A DNA stretch of 57,699 bases, taken from assembly GCA_038087875.1 (NCBI GenBank), contig JAXLNO010003819.1, positions 6,302-64,000 of the forward strand. Reading direction: 5' to 3'. Origin of the DNA: Malacoraja senta. Its lineage: Eukaryota. Position numbers and translations under genes: made by a program. Shown here piece after piece: positions 1 to 9,460 of this stretch. Below the pieces are notes generated by a model, which made no database searches, had not been told where the DNA came from, and saw only the letters and a list, made by a program, of their open reading frames with translations. Each line of letters opens with the position of its first letter. Within the stretch, counting starts at the first letter, position 1.

Positions 1-73
1 TAGATCGTGAGACGGGATGTGATAGATTGGTAGAAAGATTGCTAGATGGGGCGAGAGCCAACGTGTAAGCCTG

Positions 74-156
74 AGTGAGAGAGTGAGAGAGAGAGTGCTG
101 GAGAAAGTGGGAGAGGGAGATAAGGAAAGAGAGGCGGGAGAAGTGAGAGGAGGAAA
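74..156. repeat. GA/purine-rich low-complexity tract
   Basis: gagtgagagagtgagagagagag...gggagagggaga...gaggaggaaaga. Confidence 0.6.
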
Positions 157-373
157 GAATGTTTACGGACTTTAAAAACAACAGCGTCGTTTAAATGTGC
201 AAAGGCAGCATCCGGTATGGAGAATTGTCCAATCAACAACAGTAACTGAGGGAAACACCCCCTTGTGGATAAAGTGATCAAACCGTTGTTCAACATTTCA
301 TTCACACAGAACACACGACGGAAGAATAGTAATGCCGCTCCAGTCTTTCAGCGTTCTGTCCAAATTTGGAGTC

Positions 374-809
374 ATGTTCTCCATTTGCTCCTTTTTGATC
401 ATTATTCTCGTGCAGCCAGGTGAGTTGGCATTTTAAACGGTTAGTGTCCGTCAACAGAGCCCGATCCTGTCCAGGAGTTATCACACGTCGTATTTATTGT
501 TACAGGAGTCGGTGAAGAGTCAGTGTCCCAGAGTCCGGCTGCGCTGAGGGTCGAGGAAGGGCAGGACGCAACGATAAACTGCAGCTACTCCACAAAGTTC
601 TCTTCTTACACCTTCTTCTGGTACATCCATTATCCCGGCCATGCACCGAGATACGTGCTGAAGGGATTCCGCGATGGATTAGCCCAACCAGCTCCAGATA
701 TTTCCAATAGATTCTCTGCCATTTTGCACGAAGTGAATAAGACCTTTCCGTTAAATATCTCCAGGATACACCTTTCGGACGCGGCGACATATTACTGCGC
801 CATGGCGCC
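374..809 (+). CDS. TRAV: TCR alpha/delta-type V gene segment, distinct family (V1), open
   Basis: Leader exon 374-419 (MFSICSFLIIILVQP-G|gtgag), intron 420-505, V exon 506-809: GVGEESVSQSPAALRVEEGQDATINC...FFWYIHYPG...DAATYYCAMAP. Cys23, Trp41 and Cys104 are present and a 23-RSS follows. Alpha versus delta usage cannot be decided from sequence. Confidence 0.9.
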
Positions 810-848
810 CACACTGTTGCAGAGAGATTGAGGGTCCAAACAAAACCT
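810..848 (+). other. 23-bp-spacer recombination signal sequence of V1
   Basis: CACACTG (810-816), 23-nt spacer, ACAAAACCT (840-848). Confidence 0.9.
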
Positions 849-871
849 TACGGCGGACCCCTTTCGAGAGG

Positions 872-885
872 CCACCAGAGGGCGC
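872..885 (+). promoter_or_regulatory. CTCF-binding element, RSS-proximal
   Basis: CCACCAGAGGGCGC matches the CTCF core consensus CCASYAGRKGGCRS with no mismatch, 23 bp after the nonamer. Confidence 0.7.
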
Positions 886-1135
886 GGTTGTGTGAGAAAT
901 CTGCAGCGTATCTGATGTAACCACGACCGCGAACATCTAGAGCGATCCACACCGTCCACAATATTCCAATCGTTTTCCACGTGAAACACACCATCTCCTC
1001 GGCAAAATTTCGCCAAACAGTTTCCCCACCCCTGTTATATCGAGTGTATTTATCGGTCTAGGTATTAGATGGAAAAAAACAACAATTTCCCATCCACACG
1101 ACTCTGTGTGGTTAACTTTGATCCGTTGAAAGTAA

Positions 1136-1273
1136 TAGCGGTCTTTAGATAGTCACAAGATATCCGGGAATGGAGGCATATTAATGAGATGCCGGCAGAG
1201 ATAATCAGTCTGGACATCATGTTCGGCACGGACATTGTGAGCGGATGGGTCTGTTGCACTGTTCTATGTTCTA
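1136..1273 (+). mobile_element. Degenerate 3' end of a CR1-type LINE or CR1-tailed SINE
   Basis: catcatgttcggcacggacattgtg...ctgttgcactgttctatgttcta with short tandem tail, typical of chondrichthyan CR1/HE1-type 3' ends (recognised by eye). Confidence 0.55.
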
Positions 1274-1366
1274 ATTATTTTACGCTGAGGTGCAACCCAA
1301 CAAATTTACACTGCTGAATCATGTCTCAAGTGTAAACATATTGAAATCATTCTGTTGATCTCCGTT

Positions 1367-2380
1367 CCATATAACCATATAACCATATAACAATTACAGC
1401 ACGGAAACAGGCCATCTTCGCCCTTCTAGTCCGTGCCGAACACCTATTCTCACCTAGTCCCATCTACCTGCTCTCAGACCATAACCCTCCATTCCTTTCC
1501 CGTCCATATACCTATCCAATTTATTTTTAAATGATAAAATCGAACCTTCTTCCACCACTTCCACTGGAAGCTCATTCCACACAGCTACCACACTGTGAGT
1601 GAAGAAGTTCCCCCTCATGTTACCACTAAACCTTCTGTCCCTTAATTCTCAAATCATGTCCTCTTGTTTGAATCTTCCCTACTCTCATTGGAAAAAGCTT
1701 ATCCACGTCAACTCTCTCTAACCCTCTCATCATTTTAAAGACCTCTATCAAGTCCCCCTTTAACCTTCTGTGCTCCAAAGAATAAAGACCTAGCTTGTTC
1801 AACCTTTCTCTGTAACTTAGTTGCTGAAACCCAGGAAACATTCTAGTAATTCTCCTCTGTACTCTCTCTATTTTGATGACATCTTTCCTATAATTCGGCG
1901 ACCAAAACTGTACACCATACTCCAGAATTAGCTTCACCAATGCCTTGTACTATTTTAACATTACCTCCCAACTTCTATACTCAATGCTCTGATTTATAAA
2001 GGCCAGCACACCAAAAGCTTTCTTTACCACCCTATCTACATGAGATTCCACATTCAGGGAACTACGCACAGTTATTCCTAGATCCCTATGTTCAACTGCA
2101 TCCCTCAATTCGCTACCATTTACCATGTACGTCCTATTTTGATTTGTCATGCCAAGATGTAGCATCTCACACTTATCAGCATTAAGCTCCATCTGCCATC
2201 TTTCAGCCCATTCTTCCAAATGGCCTCAATCTCTCTGTCGGCTTTGAAAATCTACTTCATTATCCACAACAACACATATCTTAGTATCATCTGCATACTT
2301 ACTAATCCAATTTACCACGCCATCATCCAGATCATTGATGTATTTGACAAACAATAGTGAACCCAACACAGATCCCCGTG
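1367..2380 (-). mobile_element. 5'-truncated, disrupted CR1-clade LINE (RT C-terminal part plus 3' tail)
   Basis: Minus-strand ORFs 1950-2219 (W..RWQMELNADKC...RDLGITV...VKKA) and 1626-1940 (LEYGVQFWSP...IERVQRR...RRLKGDLIEVFK). PRGSVLGSLLF at the truncation point (~2380). (CCATATAA)3 tail at 1367-1390. Confidence 0.9.
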
Positions 2381-2648
2381 GCTACGTACGAGCGCTCTAC
2401 GATTCCCCTTTTCCTTCCGGGACGCAATGATGACGAGCGGAGGGCGATGGAAAGGGTTGGATGATCTTTAAAGATAATTTCATTCGGTACTTGCCAGCGC
2501 CTACCCCCCCACCTTTATGTAGCTTTTAGGGGAGGGGTATCATTAATGCCATTACACCGCGAATCAGTACCAGGATAGGGGGTATTTTCGAGTATGAACA
2601 CAGTAAGGTGATGTTCTGTTGTTTAACTTCGTCCCCGGATTCTTGCAG

Positions 2649-2778
2649 GGCATTGTCGAGGCGACGCCCTTTCTCAGACCCCAGCAATGATAACAGTGAG
2701 TGAAGGCGATGACGCACCGTTGAAGTGCAACTACACAGCTACAATCACGAGCAATCTTGGACTAATCTGGTACCGTCA
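2649..2778 (+). pseudogene. V pseudogene, lineage E: leaderless and truncated after WYR
   Basis: Acceptor cttgcag at 2648, then GHCRGDALSQTPAMITVSEGDDAPLKCNYTATITSNLGLIWYR, then repeat DNA. The leader and 5' intron are replaced by the CR1. No RSS. Confidence 0.85.
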
Positions 2779-2779
2779 T

Positions 2780-3195
2780 GGCCCTGTCCCACGGTGCGAG
2801 TCCACCCACGTGTGATCTCGAGTTTAAAACAAATCAAACTCGTGGTAATCACGTAGCGGGAACGTCGGAACTCGTAACTCTAACGGCAGGTACTCGGGAA
2901 ACTTGTTAACTCGTGAAAATCTTTGAACATGCTGAAAGATTTCCACGAGTCAGAGTTATTCTTGAAGTAAAAAATCTAAACTTTTAAACTCGTTGTAAGA
3001 ACGTAGTAGCCCGTGAGTTTACCGTAGTGACTCGTGAGTCTACCGTGGGCACTCTTTAACTCAGCTGGACAGGCAGCATCTCTGCAGAGAAGGAATGGGT
3101 GACGGGATGACGTTTCCAAAATTCTGCTGCGTCTTCGTGTTACTCCAGCACTGTGTGTTCACTTTTCGTCAACCAGCATCTGCCCTTTCTTGTGT
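2780..3195. mobile_element. MITE-like element (2780-3049) plus fragment of a common chondrichthyan interspersed repeat (~3057-3195)
   Basis: Left end ggccctgtCCCACGGT and right end ACCGTGGG are inverted, with many internal ACTCGT motifs. Followed by aactcagctggacaggcagcatctctgcagagaaggaatgggtgacg...gttactccagca. Family not verified. Confidence 0.6.
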
Positions 3196-3652
3196 ATGAC
3201 ATTATTTGTATCCGTGGCAGTTGATTGTCGCTCAAAATACCAGGCTTTTAAACACGACACAACACTAACCTATGAACTATGAACTGTCTTTCGGTGCACT
3301 TAGCAATTCAAGCTTTTTAATGCACATGGATTACGTTATTAATTTATTGTATTTTGTTTATTATTTATCATACTTCAGGCCTTGTCTCTCCTGTGACTTC
3401 ATGAAACAGAAAACAAAGGAGGTTTGAGATGATTGGCAACTGAGAAGCAGTGAGTTGATTGGCGGAATTCAGCGAGTGAGGTAAGTCGGGGGGGTTGGAG
3501 AACACATTCGCTCTGTGCCGAGGGGATGTGCCGTCGTCAAAAATAAACCAATGAATTGAGAGCCTAGACCACAGCACTTTCACAATATCCGATTAAACAT
3601 ATTTCCCGATGAGAACATTTCAGTTCATATTCACTCTCAAAGCAATCACAAC

Positions 3653-4395
3653 ATGTTGGCCGTGATTATTTATTCTCTTCTTGCAGCTGCAGCTCTCTTA
3701 ACCGGTAGGTGCACGGCGTTTCCGACCCTGGATATTATATTACTACGGGGCATGATATTTAATCAATCAACTAGTTTGAATGCAATAGAATGACTTAAGA
3801 AAGGGAGTCACACCCATGTTCTACGGACGAGTGGTAAAAGATTCTCTTTTCTCCCTCCCAAGACAGAATGATGACGAGCAGAGGGCAATGGAAAGGGTTA
3901 CAAGATCTTTAAAGACAATTTAATTCAGTAATTCCTACTGCTTTCCCGCCACCTTGATGTGGGTTTTAGGGGAGAGTATTCTTTGCTGCCGTTGTGCCTC
4001 AGATCAGTATCAAGATATGCGGCATTTTCCAGTATCAACATATTGGGATAATGCAATGTAATTTAATTTCTTCCCCTGGCCCTTGCAGGACATTGTCGAG
4101 GCGATGCCGTTTCTCAGACACCAGTAGTGGAAACAGTAAATGAAGGGGATGATGCCCAGTTGAATTGCAACTATACAGCTACAAGCACGAGCGTCCCTGG
4201 ACTAATCTGGTACCGTCAGTATCCCGGCGGATCCCTTGAGTTTCTGCTGCTCAGAACGACATTCAAAGGCGGCCAGAAGAACAATGCCGGGGAACGTTTT
4301 TCTGCGGAGCTCAACCATTTGACAGGAACGGTCCCGCTGACCGTGTCACAAACGCGGCTCCGAGACTCGGCCATGTATTACTGCGCTCTGAACCC
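3653..4395 (+). CDS. TRAV: TCR V segment, lineage A, open
   Basis: Leader 3653-3704 (MLAVIIYSLLAAAALLT), V exon 4089-4395, CDR1 TATSTSVPG, CDR2 RTTFKGGQ, YYCALNP; 23-RSS 4396-4434 CACGGTG-N23-ACAAAAATT. Confidence 0.9.
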
Positions 4396-5007
4396 CACGG
4401 TGGCGCAGAATTGGGCTGAGCCTGTACAAAAATTATCTGAGAACCCCGTCAGGAATCAGCGCGTAAGTGCAGCTTTGTCAGCATCGGCGCGTCCTCGTTG
4501 ATTGCTGCACCCGTCCCAACGCCAGTGTGGTTGCTGCCATTAATACTCGATTTTTAAACATTAAAAACCCATGACAATTGAGTTGAAGAATAGCTTCTAA
4601 CAAACAGACATTAGGTTCGTGAACACTCCACAGCACTAACAGATGAACTATGAACTGTCTGTGGTTGCATTAAGCAGTTCATAACTTATGCACATTGACT
4701 AGGTTGTTAATTGATTGAATTGTGTTTATTATTTCTCATACTGCATACGATGACGCCATGGGACAGAACGCAAAGGAGGTTTGAGATGATTGGGCAACAA
4801 ATGCAGGAATGTGATTGGCGGAATTAAGAAACAATGTTAATTCGGGGAGTTGGAGAACAAATTAGCTCTGGGCTGAGGGGACATGACGCTGTCAAGAATA
4901 AGCCAATGAATAGAGAGCCGAGACCACAGCTCTTTCACAATATCAGATTAAACTTGTTTCCGGGTGAGACCATTTCAGTTCATATTCACTCTCAATGCAA
5001 TTACAAC

Positions 5008-5879
5008 ATGCTGCCCGTGACAATTTATTGTCTTCTTGCAGCTGCAGCTCTCTTAACGGGTAAGTTCAGGACGTTTCGAAGCCTGTACATTATATTACTG
5101 TAGGGCATGGCATTTAATCAATGAAATACCCGGCATGCAATAGAATGACTTTAGAATGGGAATCAGTGAGAGGACTAAACGAAGAGCACAATAAGAATAT
5201 AGATACTGTTCCCCACAAAGTGATGTTAGGAAATTTGAGGTGAATTCCCAGAAATATTGATGGAAACCAGCGCCTATGGTGAAGCATCGGAGAGTTAGAA
5301 AACTCCCTTGTGCTAAGTACTAGCGCTCAGCGATTCCTCTTCCCCTCTCGAGATCCAATGATGACGAGCAGATGGCGATGGAAAGGGGCGGATGATTTTT
5401 TAAAGATCATTTCATTCGGTTATTCACAGCGCCTTCCCCCCCCCATCTTTATTTAGCTTTTAGGGGAGGGAGATCTTTGTTGCCGTTCTACCTCAGATCA
5501 GTATAATTAATATGAATATGAGCAGAATGAGGTGATGTTGTGTTTTCTAACCTCGTACCCGGGCTCTTGCAGGATATTGTAGAGGCGACGCCGTTTCTCA
5601 GACACCATTAGTGGTAACAGTGAGTGAAGGGGAAGATGCACAGTTGAACTGCAACTATACAACTGCAAGCACGAGCATTCTTGGACTAATCTGGTACCGT
5701 CAGTATCCCGGTGGATCCCTTGAGTTTCTGCTGCTCAGAACGAAAATCGAAGCCGTCCAGAAGAACAATGCTGGAGAACGTTTTTCTGCGGAGCTGAACC
5801 ATTCGACAGGAACGGTCCCGCTGACGGTATCACAAACGCGGCTCCGAGACGCGGCAATGTATTACTGCGCCCAGAGCCC
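5008..5879 (+). CDS. TRAV: TCR V segment, lineage B, open
   Basis: Leader 5008-5059, V exon 5573-5879, CDR1 TTASTSILG, CDR2 RTKIEAVQ, YYCAQSP; 23-RSS 5880-5918 CACGGTG-N23-ACAAAAACT. Confidence 0.9.
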
Positions 5880-6239
5880 CACGGTGGCGCAGAATTGGGT
5901 TGAGCCTGCACAAAAACTACCAGTGCACCCACTCATGTATCACCGCGTAAACACAACTTTCTCAGCATCGGCGCGTCCTCGTTCATTGCTGCACCCGTCC
6001 CATCGCCAGTGTCATTAATACTCGATTTTTAAATATTAAAAAACCCATGACAATTGGGTTGAAGAATAGCTTCTAACAAACAAATATTAGGTTCTTGAAC
6101 ACTACACAGCACTAACAGAAGAACTATGAAATGTCTTCGGTTGCATTAAGCATTTCATGCATCTTATGCACATGGACTTGGTTGTTAATTTATTGAATTT
6201 TGTTTATTGTATATTATACTTCAGGCCTTGCCCCTCCTG

Positions 6240-6480
6240 TGACGCCATGGAACAGAAAAAAGGAGGGTTGAGATGATTGGCCAACAAAAGCAATGGTGTG
6301 ATTGGCGGAATTAAGAAACTGAGTTAATTCGGGGAGTTGGAGAACAAATTTGCTCCGCGCCGACAGGATGTGACGCTGTCACGAATAAGCCAATGAATGA
6401 AGAGCCTAGACCACAGCTCTTTCACAATATCAGATTAAACCTGTTTCCGGGTGAGCGCATTTCAGTTCATATTCACTCTC
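6240..6480 (+). promoter_or_regulatory. Putative V promoter (representative copy; repeated before every A-D unit)
   Basis: TGACGC 6240, ATTGG 6276 and 6301, GTGAC-GCT-GTCAC 6370-6382, CCAAT 6390, RUNX-type ACCACA 6410, ETS-type TTTCCGG 6444, Inr-like TTCAGTTC about 30 bp before the ATG. Confidence 0.55.
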
Positions 6481-6494
6481 ACTGCAATTACAAC

Positions 6495-7352
6495 ATGCTG
6501 GCCTTGACAATGTACTGGCTTCTTACAGCTGCAGCTCTCTTAACCGGTAAGTTCACGAGGTTTCCAATAATGTAGGGCATGATATTTAAGCAACCAAATA
6601 CCTTGAATGCAACAGAACGACTTTAGAAAAGGAGTCCGTCTGAGGACAGTAAACGATGAGCGCAGTAGGAAAAAAGATGCAGTTTCACAGTAATTGATGT
6701 TCGGAAATTTGATGTGAGTTTCCAGGTTAATTGTTGGAAAGCAGCGCCGACGGAGAAGCATTGAAGCGTTAGAACACACCGGTGGTCCCCGTACGAATGC
6801 TCTACGATTCCCCTTTTCCTCCCCGGAAGCAATAACAACGTCCAGTACGATGGAACGGGTTGGATTATCTTTAAAGATAAATTTATTCGGTAATTCCCAG
6901 CGCCTTTCCGCCCATCTTTATTTAGCTTTTAGGGGAGGGGTATGTTTGATGTCATTGTACCTCATATCAGTATGAGGATGAGGGGTATTCTGAAGTATGA
7001 GCTGAGTTAGGTGATGTTGTGTTATTTATCCCCGGACTCTTGCAGGGAATTGTCGAGGCGACGCCGTTTCTCAGACAACGGCAGCGGTTACAGTGAGTGA
7101 AGGGGATGATACAAAATTGAGCTGCAACTATACAGCTACAAGCACGGTCACTCCTGGACTGATCTGGTACCGTCGGTATCCCGGCGGATCCCTTGAGTTT
7201 CTTCTGCTGAGAACGACATTCAAAGGCGGCCAGAAGAGCAATGCCGGGGAACGTTTTTCTGCGGAGCTCAAACATTTGAGAGGAACGGTTCCGCTGACCG
7301 TGTCACAAACGCGGCACCGAGACTCGGCGATGCATTACTGCGCTCCGAACCC
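6495..7352 (+). CDS. TRAV: TCR V segment, lineage C, open frame with atypical HYCAP end
   Basis: Leader 6495-6546 (MLALTMYWLLTAAALLT), V exon 7046-7352, CDR1 TATSTVTPG, CDR2 RTTFKGGQKSN, AMHYCAPNP; RSS 7353-7391 with heptamer CACGGTA. Confidence 0.8.
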
Positions 7353-7964
7353 CACGGTAGCGCAGAATTGGGCTGAGCCTGTACAAAAATTATCTGAGAA
7401 CTCCGTCAGGAATCAGCGCGTAAGCGCAGCTTTGTCAGCATCGGCGCGTCCTCGTTGATTGCTGCACCCGTCCCAACGCCAGTGTGGTAGCTGCCATTAA
7501 TACTCGATTTTTAAACATTAAAAACCCATGACAATTGAGTTGAACAATAGCTTCTAACAAACAGACATTAGGTTCGTGAACACTCCACAGCACTAACAGA
7601 TGAACTATGAACAGTCTGTGGTTGCATTAAGCAGTTCATAACTTATGCACATGGACTAGGTTGTTAATTGATTGAATTGTGTTTATTATTTGTCATACTG
7701 CATACTATGACGCCATGGGACAGAAAACAAAGGAGGTTTGAGATGATTGGGCATCAAAAGCAATGATGCGATTGGCGGAATTAAGAAACAATGTTAATTC
7801 GGGGAGTTGGAGAACAAATTAGCTCTTCGCTGATGGGACGTGACGCTGTCAAGAATAAGCCAATGAATAGAGAGCCGAGACCACAGCTCTTTCACAATAT
7901 CAGATTAAACCTGTTTCCGTGTGAGACCATTTTGGTTCATATTCACTCTCAATGCAATTACAAC

Positions 7965-8836
7965 ATGCTGCCCGTGACAATTTATTGTCTTCTTGCAGCT
8001 GCAGCTCTCTTAACGGGTAAGTTCAGGACGTTTCGAAGCCTGTACATTATATTACTGTAGGGCATGGCATTTAATCAATGAAATACCCGGCATGCAATAG
8101 AATGACTTTAGAATGGGAATCAGTGAGAGGACTAAACGAAGAGCACAATAAAAATATAGATGCAGTTCCACACAAAGTGATGTTAGGAAATTTGAGGTGA
8201 ATTCCCAGAAATATTGTTGGAAACCAGCGCCTATGGTGAAGCATCGGAGAGTTAGAATACTCCCTTGTGCTAAGTACTAGCGCTCAGCGATTCCTCTTCC
8301 CATCTCGAGATCCAATGATGACGAGCAGATGGCGATGGAAAGGGGCGGATGATTTTTTAAAGATAATTTCATTCGGTTATTCACAGCCCCTTTCCCCCCC
8401 CATCTTTATTTAGCTTTTAGGGGAGGGAGATCTTTGTTGCCGTTCTACCTCAGATCAGTATAATCAATATGAATATGAGCAGAATGACGTGATGTTGTGT
8501 TTTCTAACCTCGTTCGCGGGCTCTTGCAGGATATTGTAGAGGCGACGCCGTTTCTCAGACACCAGTAGTGGTAACAGTGAGTGAAGGGGAAGATGCACAG
8601 TTGAACTGCAACTATACATCTGCAAGCACGAGCAATCTTCGACTAATCTGGTACCGTCAGTATCCCGGCGGATCCCTTGAGTTTCTGCTGCTCAGAACGA
8701 AAATCGAAGCCGTCCAGAAGAACAATGCTGGAGAACGTTTTTCTGCGGAGCTCAACCATTCGACAGGAACGGTCCCGCTGACGATATCACAAACGCGGCT
8801 CCGAGACGCGGCAATGTATTACTGCGCCCTGAGCCC
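7965..8836 (+). CDS. TRAV: TCR V segment, lineage B' (CDR1 TSASTSNLR), open
   Basis: Leader 7965-8016, V exon 8530-8836, YYCALSP; 23-RSS 8837-8875. Confidence 0.9.
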
Positions 8837-9460
8837 CACGGTGGCGCAGAATTGGGCTCAGCCTGCACAAAAACTACCAGCGCACTCAATCATGTATCAC
8901 CGCGTAAACACAACTTTCTCAGCATCGGCGCGTCCTCGTTGATTGCTGCACCCGTCCCATCGCCAGTGTGTTTGCTGTCATTAATACTCGATTTTTAAAT
9001 ATTAAAAAACCCATGACAATTGGGTTGAAGAATAGCTTCTAACAAACAAATATTAGGTTCTTGAACACTACACAGCACTAACAGAAGAACTATGAAATGT
9101 CTTCGGTTGCATTAAGCATTTCATGCATCTTATGCACATGGACTTGGTTGTTAATTTATTGAATTTTGTTTATTGTTTGTTATACTTCAGGCCTTGCCCC
9201 TCCTGTGACGCCATGGGACAGAAAAAAGGAGGGTTGAGATGATTGGCCAACAAAAGCAATGGTGTGATTGGCGGAATTAAGAAACTGAGTTAATTCGGGG
9301 AGTTGGAGAACAAATTAGCTCCGCGCCGACAGGATGTGACGCTGTCACGAATAAGCCAATGAATGAAGAGCCTAGACCACAGCTCTTTCACAATATCAGA
9401 TTAAACCTGTTTCCGGGTGAGCGCATTTCAGTTCATATTCACTCTCAATGCAATTGCAAC

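Noticed and set aside
2649-2778. Leaderless V as a possible NAR-TCR supporting V-delta segment
   Set aside because: The leader loss is explained by the adjacent LINE, the exon is truncated with no RSS, and there is no CDR1 cysteine
4306-4356. Cryptic reverse RSS in FR3 (CGTTTTTCT ... GACCGTG) that could permit V replacement
   Set aside because: Nonamer-like and heptamer-like elements are 35 bp apart, not 12 or 23. The V 3' end has TACTGCG rather than the TACTGTG cryptic heptamer of VH genes.
4396-4501. C-terminal extensions of the V ORFs (TVAQNWAEP...SASARPR)
   Set aside because: Read-through of the RSS and flank; this DNA is removed by V(D)J recombination
4834-5103. Repeated 60-110-aa ORFs on both strands (MLIRGVGEQ..., MNEEPRPQ..., MCSNASM..., MGGRRWQ..., MKELWSRF...)
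   Set aside because: They overlap promoters, leaders and introns, have no recognisable domain, and recur only because the DNA is duplicated. The LLAAAALLT part is the true leader read in frame from upstream.
6020-6075. Short inverted repeats in the spacer (AACCCA-N7-TGGGTT, GAAG-N5-CTTC) resembling terminators
   Set aside because: Stems of 4-6 bp are expected by chance in AT-rich DNA, and intrinsic terminators are irrelevant in a vertebrate locus
7144-7185. CACGGTC heptamer-like motif in C-lineage CDR1
   Set aside because: No nonamer-like sequence at 12 or 23 bp
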